Source of the DNA: Isurus oxyrinchus | Taxonomy: Eukaryota | Assembly: GCA_026770705.1 (NCBI GenBank) | Contig: JANJGN010000002.1 | Span: 186,620,001 to 186,684,000, forward strand | Reading direction: 5' to 3' | DNA: 64,000 bases | Part shown: one piece after another, positions 37,901 to 51,628 of the stretch | How the letters are laid out: each line of letters begins with the position of its first letter | Numbering within the stretch: the stretch's first letter is position 1 | The notes under the pieces: model-generated | What the model saw: only the letters and a program-made list of their open reading frames with translations | Told to the model about the DNA's origin: nothing | The model's database searches: none | Program-made: the position numbers and the translations under genes

Positions 37901-39906
37901 TTATCCTCAGTTTGATATTTTGATTGACAGGAAGTGGCAAGTTATTTGGATACAAAACTAGCATGATATATGTTCACTTTGCCTTTTCTTATCTACATGT
38001 ATCCTTATAGAGATCTGTGTATTTATAACCAAACCCTTGGATAATAAAACTAATCAATATTTATGACCCAGGGTAAAGAGCCTAAATTAGCAGAAAGCTT
38101 ATCAAAGGATCGTTGTACAATGGTCATTAAAGTGTAGTTAAGCTGATATGTGTATCCAATTCATAAGCTTTTGCTCGTGTTGAGCTTTCATGAAAAAAAT
38201 AAAGTCAATATTGAATTTTCCCTATTTTCATTAATTTTAAATAATTGAATCACATTAGATTTGTTAAATTACTATTTCTGTGGTATTAACATTACTGTTA
38301 TTTAGCTGGGTGCTCAAGATTTTGTTCTACAGTTTTAGTGGCTTGAGTTCTTGTATTGTTTCTTAATTAATAATTCCAGAAGTGTCAAAACCACTACAAA
38401 AGATGGAAAACTTTGTAAATTAGAACCTAATGTTTAATGACCCCGTGCTTAGATTTTAAAACAAGGATTGAAGAAGGAAAGGAAAACTGAGGGAGTTAAT
38501 AGCTAGAGAATTTTGAAGCCCTAAGGAAGAATAAGTTGGTGTAGTTCAGTGTGTTATGAGTTCAACTTCAAAAGGAAGAAGAGTCACAGAGTGAAGAGCC
38601 TTGATTTTAATGCAAGTAGGAGGAATAGCAGTTTAGATAGAATATTTAAAATGTTGCCTTTTTAAAAATTTGAGTCAAAATTAGCACTTTAGGATTCAGA
38701 GCAATATATTTAGTCAATAAAATTATTGCTTGTTTATTACTACAATAACGAACTTGCATTTATATGGTACATTTTAAAGTAGAAAAATGAGTCAAGATGC
38801 TACACAGAAATATAATCAGGCAAAAAATGACCCTGAGACACAAGAGATGATAGGAGATATGGCCAAAAGTTTGGTCAAAGATGTGGGATTTAAAGGGGAG
38901 AGTGGGTTGGCGAGATGAAGGGGTTTAGAGCAGGAGGAGTTGCAGTTCTCACAAAATCCTGATGTACAACGTTATAAGATTTGATAGTGAAACGTGCAAC
39001 AGGACTAAGCAGCATTCTCAATGACTGCACTTGCTAAATATAATAATGGAAGAGCGGGAGCAAGAGGTTCTGGGTGATGCATCAATGCAAAAGGAAGCAG
39101 GCTATTCACTATTAACCTTTTAAGTCAGTTTCTAATGTTCTGGTGTAAACAAATAAACTGCACAGGAAATTTGGGCATAAATTTCGGCCTGCAAGATAGC
39201 CATAGAAATTCAGCATAATATCTGTACAAATGTACTCCAGGCCATAGATTTGTAGCTGTATCTGTTAAAGAAAGTGCAGTACAAGATACTCCACAGTAAC
39301 CTTGCTGGCTTAGGCCCTTTTGCATTCTCAACAGTTGAAGGTAAATGTAGTATTAATTGCAAGTGCCATTGATTCAATTTGAGTTACCATTGAGCTGCAT
39401 GGGATTGAATTCCAAGGCAGTAATTCAATCAAGTGGTTTGGATGGTGTAAAACAGAAGAATGAACTTCTGAAGGTTTCCTAATTCTTTTTCTCTCTGAAC
39501 CCACCTTGGGTTCTTGGTTGTCATCTTTCACTGCCCATCCAGTATTTGGGTGGTTGTTGCCATCAATTTTTCACTGTTCCAGGCCTTGCATACATGGCTA
39601 ATTTGAATATAATTCAAAGAATCTTCATATTTTTCATAATTATGCCATGAAAAACAACTTATCTTATCTTAGGTACAGAGTAGAGAATAAAATATTTTAA
39701 TCATCCATTTGTCTTTGGACTTGTCTATATAAATTTACCTTTTTACTCACTTATTATTTTGATTAACCTGCTCCAGTTTTTGACTTTGTATAATAAAACA
39801 CTGTTTTGCTGTCTGCTGAAAATTTAAATAATTACAAGTTACAAATCATATAATCCTGTGACCATTGGTGCAGAATCACTAAATATCTTTAGAGTGTTCT
39901 TTCTTT

Positions 39907-40755
39907 TGTCACAACTCACTGGGGGTAGAGCGCTGCAGTATCAAGCCCCACTGCTCCCCGAGCCGTGACAAATATGAAAAGTTTGATCAAACCACCTAAT
40001 TGTTTAATTTAGGTGAACAGAATACAAGCACCGTGTTTGTAAACTTAATAAGTAAATAACTGTTTACTGAACAAATTGTCTTTAACCAGTGGCAAAAGAA
40101 AGAAATATAAATTGCTAATTTCTAACCCTATAACCTAAACCCTACCCCTTCTTAAATCCCTATACACACATATACAAGACACATAAGACACACAAAAACA
40201 TGGATTTTAAGGGCGGGATAAAACAGTTCAATTGTCTTCCAAATTCCTTTTGGTTCTTTGTTGATGACACGAGGTGGTCTTCCAACACTTTCAGTCTTTA
40301 GTTCACCGGTTGAGCACTTGCCTCTTAATGTCTCTTACAGTGATTTTTCCCTTTTTCTCTTGACGGGGGTTTTCAGAGAGAGAGAGAAAGCAGGTTATAG
40401 AGATACAAGGGAAAAAAGCCAGCTAGCTAATATTGTAGAATTACTGGAATCTTACACACACAGGAGACAGAGGTTTTGGGTCCTTTTTCCTTTTGGGCTA
40501 GGAGTTATTCTGCTGCACCGCTCTCACACAAACCCTGGTCACGTGGTCAGGAGCCAATTAAATCATTGTTGCCAGGCAGTTCCCTGTTAGATTGGACTCC
40601 CCCTTTGCACCATCCTGTCTTTCGTGGCACACTCTGTTCCAGGACAGCAACATTGTATATATTCCTCATACTGTTTAGTAGACATGTCTTTGAAGCTGCA
40701 GCCATAGTAATTTAAATCCACAGTCTAATAGAAATAAAAAGCTATGTTCTTTACA
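39907..40755 (-). mobile_element. Solo LTR (Gypsy/ERV-like)
   Basis: TGT...ACA termini with perfect 4-bp TSD CTTT (39903-39906, 40756-40759). Orientation is inferred. Confidence 0.75.
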
Positions 40756-41346
40756 CTTTGCACACATTTGAGGAGATGTCAAACAATCTCTTTAAGAGAT
40801 TATATAGTGAGTTCCACTTCTTTGTAATAGAACTTCAGTTTTCACAAATCCTGGTTTACAACATCATAAGGTGAGATAAAGGGATGGATTTTGCTGCAGA
40901 AATAACTGTGAAGCTAATAGCATTCACACATTGACACTTTAACAACCGTAAGTCGCAAAGCAATCTCTGGGAACTAGACATGTAGCTGAAGGTGGAAATC
41001 AGGAAGTTGCTGTCTGAGTTACCCTACTCCTCCACAAGTTGCGCCATGCTGGTAACTCACTGAAGGATTCAACATGGAAATACATTTTTATTCCCACACC
41101 CCGTAAAAATAATAGCAAAAACATCTTGGCCCTCGATTTCACTGTGCCATGGTGTAGTAGGCTATGGATTTGTCTCTCCGACACCTTGTGTGAAAATATC
41201 CAAGATTTGGCGATTCAGTTAAGTGGGTGAGGAGCTGCAACCAACAGTTTATTTTTGAAGAACTCATTTGTTCAAATAAATTGGAAATAGAGTGAGGGGA
41301 TTTGTCTCGTTGCAGTACTGGAGCACTTCTTTATTTTCCGAACTAT

Positions 41347-42007
41347 GGGCAGAATTTTTCCCTTGTTGGGCGGGCCTAACCTGAATGGTAGTGAAAAAGT
41401 GCACGATGGCTATGTCATTGTGCACTCTCACTATCTTTCGATTGGAGGGCACGCATAAGAGGCGGCAGCATGCCTGCCGACAATTAAGAGACCTATTAAG
41501 GCCCTTAAGTAATTAATAAAGTTGGATTTTTTACTGTTCAGTTGGCGGGTGGGCAAATAGGCCAGGGGGCCTTTGCATTTTTAACAAAACATCATCCATG
41601 GGCAGGATGAGGTTTCCAATGGTTACTAAGAAAATGATGAACATTTTTCAACATTCTTGTTTACATGTCCCTGTTCATGTGACAGTCACATATGGGGACA
41701 TGTTCGTCTCATATGTAAAATCTTTATTTTTCAACTTAAGAATCTTCAGCTCCCTGAGGCAGCTCTGTGCCTTCAGAGAGCTTTCACTGAGCGCTCCCCC
41801 ACGCACGCACACACTTCAGCACTGGCGCTCCTCCCACCGCCACCCTAGCAGCGCTGAATTTCTCAGCGTGCATTTCACGCTGGTTGGCCGTCAATTGGTC
41901 AGCCAGCATGAAATCATGGTTGGGGCCTAATTGCGGGCAGCGGACCATTGTGCTACTGCTCCTGGGCCCACCTGCCGCGCCTGCCCAACGAGGGAAAAAT
42001 TCAGCCC
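41347..42007. mobile_element. Harbinger-like MITE with ~29-bp TIRs
   Basis: GGGCAGAATTTTTCCCTTGTTGGGCGGGC ... GCCTGCCCAACGAGGGAAAAATTCAGCCC; related to 49918-50530 in opposite orientation. Confidence 0.8.
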
Positions 42008-42555
42008 CAGGTTTTCAGTTGGGGATAAAATGAATATATCCAATCAACAGCATAGAATGTGGAATACATTAGCGGCATGGTTGAGGAGTGGTGTGATGGG
42101 CTGGTTGGATAGCGATTTGTCAGTAGCAGACCAGAGTCATATTCTATAACTTTACTAATCTTTGGACATTGAAACAAAATCTGAAAACCCCAGGAAGTAA
42201 CCCTAATCCTTTGGGGTGAATTGAAAGAGCTGCCCACAGACTAGTCGAGCAACAGCCTGACATAGTCATTGTCTGTAAGCTATGATTCCATGACTATGTC
42301 CCAGACACTACAATTACCATTCCTGGGTAACAGACCCACCAGAAGTGGTGGCGCAGTGTTATACAGTTGGGATGGTGTTGCCCTGGGAGTTCTCAATAAC
42401 AACTCTGGACCCAAGAAGTTTCATGGGATCGGGTCGAATATGGGCAAGAAAACCTCCTGCTGATTAGCACCTACTGCCCTTCTTAAGCAGAAGAATCAGT
42501 GCTCCTCCATGTTGAATATCATTTGGAGGAAGCACTGAGGATGGCTAGGGCACAA

Positions 42556-43500
42556 TTTTTTTTTTTCATTCATTTACGGGATGTGGGCTTCTCTGGCTGG
42601 GTGAGGATTTATTGTCCATCCCTAGTTGCCCTTAAGAAGGTGGTAAGCTGCCTTCTTGAACCACTGCAGTCCATGTGGTGTAGGTACACCCACAGTCCTG
42701 TTAGGAAGGGAGTTCCAGGATATTGACCCAGCAACAGTGAAGGAATGGCAATATATTTTCTAGTCAGGCTGGTGGGTGATTTGAGGGGAACTCCCAGGTG
42801 GTGGTGTTCCCATCTATCTGCTGCCCTTGTCCTTCCAGATGGTAGTGGTCATGGGTTTGGAATGTGTTGTCATTGGAGCCTTGGTGAATTCCTGTAGTGC
42901 ATCTCGTAGATGGTACGCAATGCTGCTCCTGTGCGTTGGGAGTGAATGTTTATGGATGTGGTGCCAATCAAGCGGGCTGTTTTGTCCTGGATGGTGTCAA
43001 GCTTCTTGAGTGTTGTGGGAGCTGCAAGTGGGGAGTATTCCATCACATTCCTGACTTCTGCCTTGTAAATGGTGGACAGGCTTTTGGGAGTCAGGAGGTG
43101 AGTTACTCGTCGGCCAACTCCTAGCCTCTAACCTGCTCTTGTGGCCACAATATTTATAAGACTAGCCCAGTTCAGTTTCTAGTCAATGGTAACCCCCAGG
43201 TTATCATTAAAATGGGGGATTCAGTGATGGTAATGCCATTGAACATCAAGGGTCGATGGTTGGATTCTCTCTTGTTAGAGATGGTCATCGCCTGACATTT
43301 GTGTGGCGCAAACGTTACTTGCTACTTGTCAGCCCAAGTCTGGATATTGTCCAGGCCTTGCTGTTTTTGGACATGGACTGCTTCAGTATCTGAGAAGTCA
43401 CGAATGGTGCTGAACATTGTGCAATCATCAGCGATCATCCCCACTTCTGAATTATGATCGAAGGAAGGTAATTGCTGAAGTAGCAGAAGGTGGTTGGGCG
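42556..43500 (-). mobile_element. CR1-type LINE 3' portion inserted antisense into a copy of the same family
   Basis: Poly-T then antisense tail at 42556; host reads gcaca|...|gatgtactctggg across the insertion. Confidence 0.85.
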
Positions 43501-44832
43501 GAGGATGTACTCTGGGTGAGGGACTTCAATATCCATCACCAGGAGTTGTTCGATAGCACCACTACTGACTGAGCTGGCCAAGTCCTAAACAACATAGCTG
43601 CTTGACTGCGTCTGTGGCAGGTGGTGAGGGAACCAACAAAAGGGAAAAACCTACTTGACTTCGTCCTCACCAACCTGTCTGTCATAGATGCATCTGTCCA
43701 TGACATATTGGCACGAGTGACCACCGCACAGTCCTTGTGGAGACAAAGTACCACCTTCACATTGAGGATACCTTCCAGTTGTGTGGAACTACCACTGTGT
43801 TAAATAGATTTCGAACAGATGTAACAACTCAGAACTGGGTATCCTTGAGGCACTGTGGGCCATCAGCAGAATTGTACTCAACCACAACCTGTTATCTCAT
43901 GGCCATGCATATCCCCCCAGCTTTTACCATTACCATCAAACCAGGGACCAATCCTAGTTCATGCAGGAAGGCATGCCAAGAGCAGCAGCAGGCTATTAAT
44001 GAGGTGACAACCTGGTGAAGCTACAACACAGGGCTACTTACATGCCAAACAGTGAAAGCAGCATGTAATAGACAGCTAAGTAACCCCACAACTAATGGAT
44101 CAGATCTAAGTGCTGCAGTCTTGCCACATCCAGTCATGAATGGTAGTGGACAATTAAACAACTCACTGGAGGAGGAGGCTCCACAAATATTCCCATCCTC
44201 AATGATGAGGAAGCCCAACACATCAGTACAAAAGATGAGGCTGAAGCATTTGCAACAATCTTGAGCCAGAAGTGCTGAGTGGATGATCCATCTCGGCCTC
44301 TTCCAGAGTTCCCCAGCATCACAGATGCCAATCTTCAGCCAACTCGATTCACTCCAACTGACATCAAGAAACGGCTGAAGGCACTAGATAGTGCAAAGGC
44401 TATAAGCCCTGACAAGATACCAGCAATAGTACTGAAGACTTGTGCTCCAGAACTTGCCGTGCCCCTAGCCAACCTGTTCCAGTGGAGCTACAACACTGGC
44501 ATCTACATGGCTATGTGGGAAATTGCCCAGGTACGTCCTGTCCACAAAAAGCAGGACAAATCCAACCCAGCTAATTATCGCCCCATTAATCTACTCTTGA
44601 TCATCAGCACAATGATAAAAGGCATCATAGACACTGAGTTCCTCCAGGGCCAATCAACTCCTGACCTTATTACAATCTTAATTCAAACATAGAGCTAAAC
44701 TCAAGATGAAGTGAGAGTGACTGCCCTTGACATCAAGGCCACATTTGATCGAATGTGGCATCAATGGGAATTAAGGGGAAGTTTCTCCACTGGTTGGAGT
44801 CATACAGAGCACAAAGGAAGATGATTGTGGTT

Positions 44833-45002
44833 AATAAAAAGAGAAATTGCTGGGAAAACTCAGCAGGTCTGACAGCATCTGTGGAGAGAAACAGAGTTAA
44901 CGTTTCGAACTCATATGATTCTTCTTCAGACCTGCTGAGCTTTTCCTACATTTTCTGTTTTTATTTCGGATTTCCAGCATCCATAGTATTTTGCTTTTTT
45001 CT
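44833..45002. mobile_element. Miniature inverted Penelope pLTR insertion with 16-bp TSD
   Basis: GAAGATGATTGTGGTT (44817-44832) / GAAGATGTTTGAGGTT (45003-45018); internal inverted repeat ctcagcaggtctga / tcagacctgctgag. Confidence 0.82.
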
Positions 45003-46380
45003 GAAGATGTTTGAGGTTGTTGGAAGTCAGTCATCTCAGCCCTGGCACAGCCCTGCAGGAGTTCCTCAGGGTAGTGTCCTAGGCCCAGCTATCTTTAGCT
45101 GCTTCATCAATGACCTTTCCTCCATCTTAAGGTCACAAGTGGGGATGTTTGCGGTTGATTGCATAATGTTCAGCACATTCAGCCTGGGCGAGTAACATTC
45201 ACGCCACACAGTGTCACGCAATGACCATCTTCAACAATCCAACCATCTCCCCATGACATTCAATGACATTACCATTGCTGAATCCCCCACTATCAACATC
45301 CTGGGGGTTGCCGTTGACCATAAACTGAACTGGACAAGCCATGTAAATACTGTGGCTACAAGAGCAGGTCAGAAGCTGGGAAATCTGTGGCAAGTAACTC
45401 ACCTCCTGACTTCTCAAAGCCTTTCCATCATCCACAAGGCACAAGTCAGGAGTGTGTTGAAATACTCTCCATTTGTTTGGATGTGTGCAGCTCCAATCAC
45501 ACTAGAAACTCAACACCATCCAAGACAAAGCAGCCTGATTGATTGGCAACCCATCGACCACCTCCAAAATCCACTTCCTCCACCACCAACACACAATGGC
45601 AGCAGTGCGAACCATCTGCAAGATGCATTGCAGCAACTCACAAGGCCCTTGCAACAGCATCATCCATGCCCCTGACCTCTACCACCTAGAAGGACAAGGG
45701 CAGCAAATGCATGGGAACATGACCACCTGCAGGTTCCCCTCCAAGCCACATACCATCCTGACTTGGAACTATATCGCCGTTCCAGGATTTTGACCCAGCG
45801 ACATTGAAGGAACTCCCTAACAGCACTGTGGGTGTACCTATACCACATGGACTGCAGCGGTTCAAGAAGGTGGCTCAACACCACCTTTTCAAGGGCAATT
45901 AGGGATGGGTAATAAAAATGTTGGCCGAGCCATCGCCGCTTGAAAGAACAAAAAAAACCTCAGTATTTAGGTGCATAATTTGCTTCTAAGTGGATTGAGC
46001 TGCATCAGAAATGTTTATCATAAACTTTCTTGGCCGATTAGTACACTGGCACTCAATCATAACAATCACACTTTAACATACAAATTGGGTGATATGTTGG
46101 TTTTCATTCTATTCTGTGAGCAATGTAAAACTGCACAGAAGATACATTTCCTAACTTTGCACTGCTAGCAAAAGCCTTACCTACTAGGAGTATGAAGTCA
46201 AAAATTTTTCCCAAATGTTATGGCATAATTTTGTTTTGATGCATGTTGATTTCTGACTCTGGATCTTGTAATCACGTCTTACTCTGAATTAATTAACCTC
46301 CAATCCCCATCAAGCGATGATCATAAGTTCCTCAAAAGCTATTTCTCTAAAAATATAAATATATTAGCTGCTTCAGGAAA

Positions 46381-46742
46381 ATGGGGAGGCAGTGGTGTAG
46401 TGGTATTGTCACTGGATTAGTATTCCAGAGACCCAGGGTAATGCTCTGGGGACCCGGGTTTGAATCCCACCACAGCAGATGGTGAAATTTGAATTCAATA
46501 AAAACCTGGAATTGAATGCCTGATGACGACCACAAAACTATTGTCGTAAAAACCTATCTGGTTCACCAATGTCCTTTAGGGAAGGTAATCTTCTGACCTT
46601 ACCTGATCTGGCCTACATGTGACTCCAGACCCACAGCAATGTGGTTGGCTCTTAAGTGCCCTCAAACCAAGGCAATTAGGGATGGGCAATAAATGCTGGT
46701 CTAGTCAGTGATGCCCACATCCCTTGAACAAATAAAAACAAA
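46381..46742 (+). mobile_element. tRNA-derived SINE with CR1-family 3' tail
   Basis: A box TGGTGTAGTGG, B box GGTTTGAATCC, tail ggcaattagggatgggcaataaatgctgg shared with the LINE tails in this window. Confidence 0.85.
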
Positions 46743-47464
46743 ATGAAAATAATGTAAATAAAATTTAGTTTTTCAAAGAAAGGCATGATTTGAAATACCA
46801 AGAAGCCTGCCAAGTTTAGCCCAAAAAGAGTAAATAAGTACCAGTAATTGTGGTTAGAGATGATTTAGTTGTGCTTTCCCCTAGGCTACCATGTAATTAC
46901 CTGAAATACACTATTAGGTAGCATTTAACAGGTTCCAGGGACAATTCTGTAATGTCTACAAAGCTATAGACCTATAATAGTTTTTTTTTTTCTTTAATGA
47001 GAAAGACATCTTGATTGACTACTGCAGTTTTCCACAGCATCCTGATCTCTTGTGCAATTACCTGGATGTGCTGCATTGAAGTGTTTTGCAAAAGTAGTTC
47101 CACAATTACGGTCATGATATCTTTAAGTATCTGGAATCATGGCACTGCCATGCAATTTGTTTTAAATCATTAGAAAGATGCATCATTGCAGCCTCATAAT
47201 GTTCATTTGTTTGCTGCAGTTTGTATATTCTGGTGAATAAATAAATAAGAATGGATTTGCCACAACTGTTTTCAGTTGAGAGGGTTGAGGTGATTGGAGT
47301 TAATACTAGTAGTTGGCTCAACCATGATTTAAAGATCATTGTTTGGTCATCACAATGAAAGTTATCTGATCTGAGAAGAAGTATTTATAAAAGGTGCTAG
47401 GAAGGCTGCTATTTTCCATAAGTTTGCAGATGGACTAACTTCATTATCAAGTAGGTATCTTGTT

Positions 47465-48738
47465 AGTTAATGCTCAGTTTGGGTTCCGCCATTGCCATCA
47501 GCTCCTGACCTCATTACAGCCTTGGTTCAAACATGGGCAAAAGAGCTGTACTCGAGAGGTGAAGTGAAAGTGACTGCCAAAGCATCAAGGAGCATTTGGC
47601 CGAGTGTGGCATCAAGGAGCCCGAGCAAATTGGAGTCAATGAGAATCAGGGTGAAAACTCTGCACTGGTTGGGGGCATACCCAGCACAAAGAAAGATGGT
47701 TGTGGTTTTTGGAGGTCAGTCATCACAGCCCCAGGACACCACTGCAAGAGCTCCTCAGGGTGGTGCCCTGGGCCCAACCATCTTCAGCTTCTTCATCAAT
47801 GACCTTCTGTCTATCGTAAGGCCAGAATTGGAGATATTCGCTGATGATTGCACAGCGTTTAGCACCATTCGTGATTTCTCAGATATTGAAGCAGCTTCTG
47901 TCTATACGCAGCATGACCTGGACAACATTCAGGCTTGTGCTGATGAGTGTCAAATAGCATTCACATCTTAAAAGTGCCAGACAATGACCACCTCCAATAA
48001 ATGGGAATCTAGCCATCTCCTTTCGACATTTAGTGGCATTACCATCACTGAATCTCGCACAATCACCATCTCGGGTTACCATTGACCAGAGACTGAACTG
48101 GTCCAGCCTTATAAATGCGGTGGCTACAAGAGCAGGTCAGAGGCTGGAAGTTCTGCAGTGAGTAACTCACCTCCTGACTCCCCAAAGGCACTAGGCATCC
48201 ACAAGGCACAAATCAGGATTGTGATGGAACACTCTGCACTTACCTGGATGAGTGCAGCTCTAACAAAATTCAAGAAGCTCAACACCATCCAGGACAAAGC
48301 AGCTGCTTGATTGGCACCTTATCCACCAGAATAAATGTTCACTCCCTCCACCACCGACACACTGTGGCAGCAGTGTGTACCATCTACAAGATGCACTGCA
48401 GCAACTCACCAAGGCTCTTTCGACAGCATCTTCCAAACCTCTAAAGCCGAGAAGGATAAGGGCAGCAGATGCATGGGAACACCACCATCTGCAAGTTCCC
48501 CTCCAAGTTCCACCAATTCCAAGCCACACACCATTCTGACTTGGAACTATATGACTGTTGCTGGGTCAAAATGCTGGAACTCCCTTCCTCACAGCACTGA
48601 AAATGTTCCTGCAACACATGGACAGCAGTGGTTCAAGAAGGCATCTCACCAATGCCTTCTCAGGGGAATTGGGGATGGGCAATAAATGCTGGTCTAGCCA
48701 GCGACACCCACATCCCGTGAAAGAATAAATAAAAGAAA
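47465..48738 (+). mobile_element. CR1-type LINE RT to 3' tail
   Basis: ORF 47492..47971 has APQGGALGPTIFS and IFADDC; family tail. Confidence 0.88.
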
Positions 48739-49917
48739 AATCAGTAACAACAACTTACCTCTATGCAATAACACTAATGTCTTTGTTAGAGTATTTCCTT
48801 TCATGTCAAATTGTGGCTTTGGCTTTGTGAATGCCACATGGAAACCAATGGGTGTCTTGATCCATGCTGTGACTGGGGTTGATTAGCACTATAAGGTAAA
48901 TTATGTATAAAGCACATTACATTTCCAATACACGAGAAGCTTTGGTTTCCTAAGAACCCTGCAGCATCAGTGTAGTTAGTTTGCACTTTTCAGTATAAAT
49001 ATTGGAAAAAAAATCAGAATTGAATATCTCATTGGACACCATGGGTTAAATTATACTTTTCCTTTCCAAACACTTTTTTGACATTTGACTTCTACTAATG
49101 TTTTAATGTTCTACTAGTCTTTTATCCTAATGCCCAGGCAATCTTTGTGAATTTATTATGTGTCTTTTCACTACTCTTGGTATTTGAGTGTGTAAGCAAT
49201 AGTGTACATTCTTTTAATGAACCATGAATGTAAATCTTGTATACAGCCATAATTGTGCCACACACTCAGTACAAGTCAGTGTGACTGAAGAATGTGGACT
49301 ATCTATTAATATTGTCTAATGATTCACATTATTGATGAGGACTTAAAAAAAAATTGGCTTTATACCCTGGAATTAAATTGCCGTGTTTATGTGTTTCCTG
49401 AAGTCTTGAGTGTTATTAACCAATGTAATCACAATTAGCTTGTGAAATAAATTCCAATGATGTCATGTGCAGAAAAGAAAGGATAAATGGCTAGCGTTAA
49501 ATGTAATGTGGCTTGAACTGGAGACAGCTTGTATTCATTCATCAAACTGACTCTGGAAGATTAATGAAAGCAAAAGCTATCCATGAATAATTGGCTATGG
49601 GAAACAGATCACAGCCAATTAAGTACTTTTTGAAGTGTAGTCATTATTATAATGTAAGCAAGCGTGGTAGCCAATTTGTACATCGTAAGGTTCTACAACC
49701 AGCAATGAGATAAATGACCAGATAATGTTATTAGTTCTGTTGGCTGAGTGACAAATAAAACAAGAAAATTTCATGCACTTGTACAACATGAATTTCATTT
49801 TTTGTCTCCATATATTGTGTGTTGAAGCAACAACTTGCATTTATAAAGCACCCTACTCTTGAAGGAGGAGAATCTGCGAGCAGGTAGTAAGAAACTGGCA
49901 AGATGGCCAAACATATA

Positions 49918-50530
49918 GGGCAGAATTTTGCCCTTGATGGGCGGGGGGGGGGCCCTACCGGCTCGGCGGTGGGCGGGCAGCCGATCACCACTGCTGAAAC
50001 GGGCCCTGCTGCCATTTTGAGTGGGTGGGCCACCTGACGGGAGGGGGTTGGGATTCCCCAACTGTCAAAGTGCTCTTTTGCGCGCACTAAGTGCTGTCTT
50101 AGGGAGAGTGTTGAAAGTTTTATAAACTTAAAAAATAGAAAAATAAACAAATTATTAACATGTCCCCCTCATGTGACAATGTCACACAAGATGGGACATG
50201 TTAATAAATATCACATAAAGTTTATTAAAGTTTTTAAAAACAGACATGAAACCTCATCTCGCCCGTGGATGAGGTTTCATGTATTATCAGAAGCCCGCCA
50301 GCCTTAAGGTTGGATGGCAGGGCCTTTAATTGGCTTAATTATCCTGTCAATGGCCTCAATTGGCCATTGACAGGTTGGTGGGCAGACAGCTGATTTCGCT
50401 GTCCGCCCGCCTTCCCCAATATTTAAATGGGGTGGGATGACGTCGGGCGTTCCTCCCGATGTCATCCCGCGTCATTTTCGCGTCGGCGAGCAGGTCCCAT
50501 CCCCAACTCGCCGACATAAAAATTCTGGCC
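49918..50530. mobile_element. Harbinger-like MITE with 3-bp TSD
   Basis: GGGCAGAATTTT...AAAATTCTGGCC flanked by ATA on both sides; CpG-rich, so relatively young. Confidence 0.8.
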
Positions 50531-51628
50531 ATAGTCTGCGGGAGCCTTTTAAAGATGAGGAATGAATAGCAAGATTATGGGAAACTTCCAGAAAATAGAG
50601 GCAGGATGATTGAAAGCTCTGCAGTAATGATGGAATGGGATGCACAGGAGGTCTGGAGATCAAAGAGAACAGATTGGAGGTTGAGGCTGGAGAAGGTAGA
50701 GTAAGTTGAAACTGGGGAGGGATTTGTAACCCAGGAGAGCGGTGTTGAATTTTGTGTTTAGACGGATGAGTAGCATTGCAACATTTCATCCTAATGCCGT
50801 GAAGACGCAGAAAGCAACTGAAATTAATAATTTGTTTGATGCAAAGTACTATTTTATTGATGAACTCAAGATGTTTCACCTTACGATTTAGCATTTAAGG
50901 GGAGCTGGGTAGGGGCAGTGCTGAAAGAGAAAACAACTGAGCCTAGGACCAGGAGCAAGATGATGAGCAGTAGTAATGCCAGTGAACACAAACGGTCCTA
51001 TAATTTATACTTCATCCAAAATCCAAACCACCCAAATAATCCAAACAGATTTTCAAGATGGTAACCATTTGTGGCTGGAAATGAACAATACAATAAGGAA
51101 ATTAAAGTTTTCAGTTAGACTAAGAGTTTCCAACATGGTTACACAAGGTGGAAGGTCTGCAATTATCCAGTCAAATTCTGACACATATCTGCTGCAAAAC
51201 TGTTCCCTCATTTATTGTATGTGAAGAGTTTTGGGATATTTCTGAGACATAAGGCACTATACAAATGCAAGTCTTCTTTTTTCTCTGCCATCCCCCAGTA
51301 TCTTGTTTTGAAGTTGGGAATCCCTAGCCATAGTTCAAAAATACTACAGCCTTCTTGGTTTCTCTAATTGCCCTTTGTTCATCTGAGATCAAGTACCGGT
51401 GGTTTTCTTCCTCTCCTACAGTACCTTTTGGTTGATATCGTAACTGTATAGAATATAATACTCTTGACATTTCCTTACCTGTAAGAAAGATTATTTTGAA
51501 ATATTATTCATTCTACTCTTAATATTTAAATTAAATAGAACATATAACATTTGTTTAAGTTTTTCATCAGTATCTTGCAGAACTACTTTACAGTTCCTCT
51601 TCCCATAGGCTTGAAAATTCGCTAGAAA

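Larger units (their letters stand above)
42205..45955 (+). mobile_element. Near full-length decayed CR1-clade LINE (APE + RT + tail) with nested insertions
   Basis: APE remnants (42205-42552, 43500-43750; VREPTKGKNLLDFVLTN), RT (PVHKKQDKSNPANYRPI, GVPQGSVLGP) and tail at 45890-45955. Confidence 0.88.
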
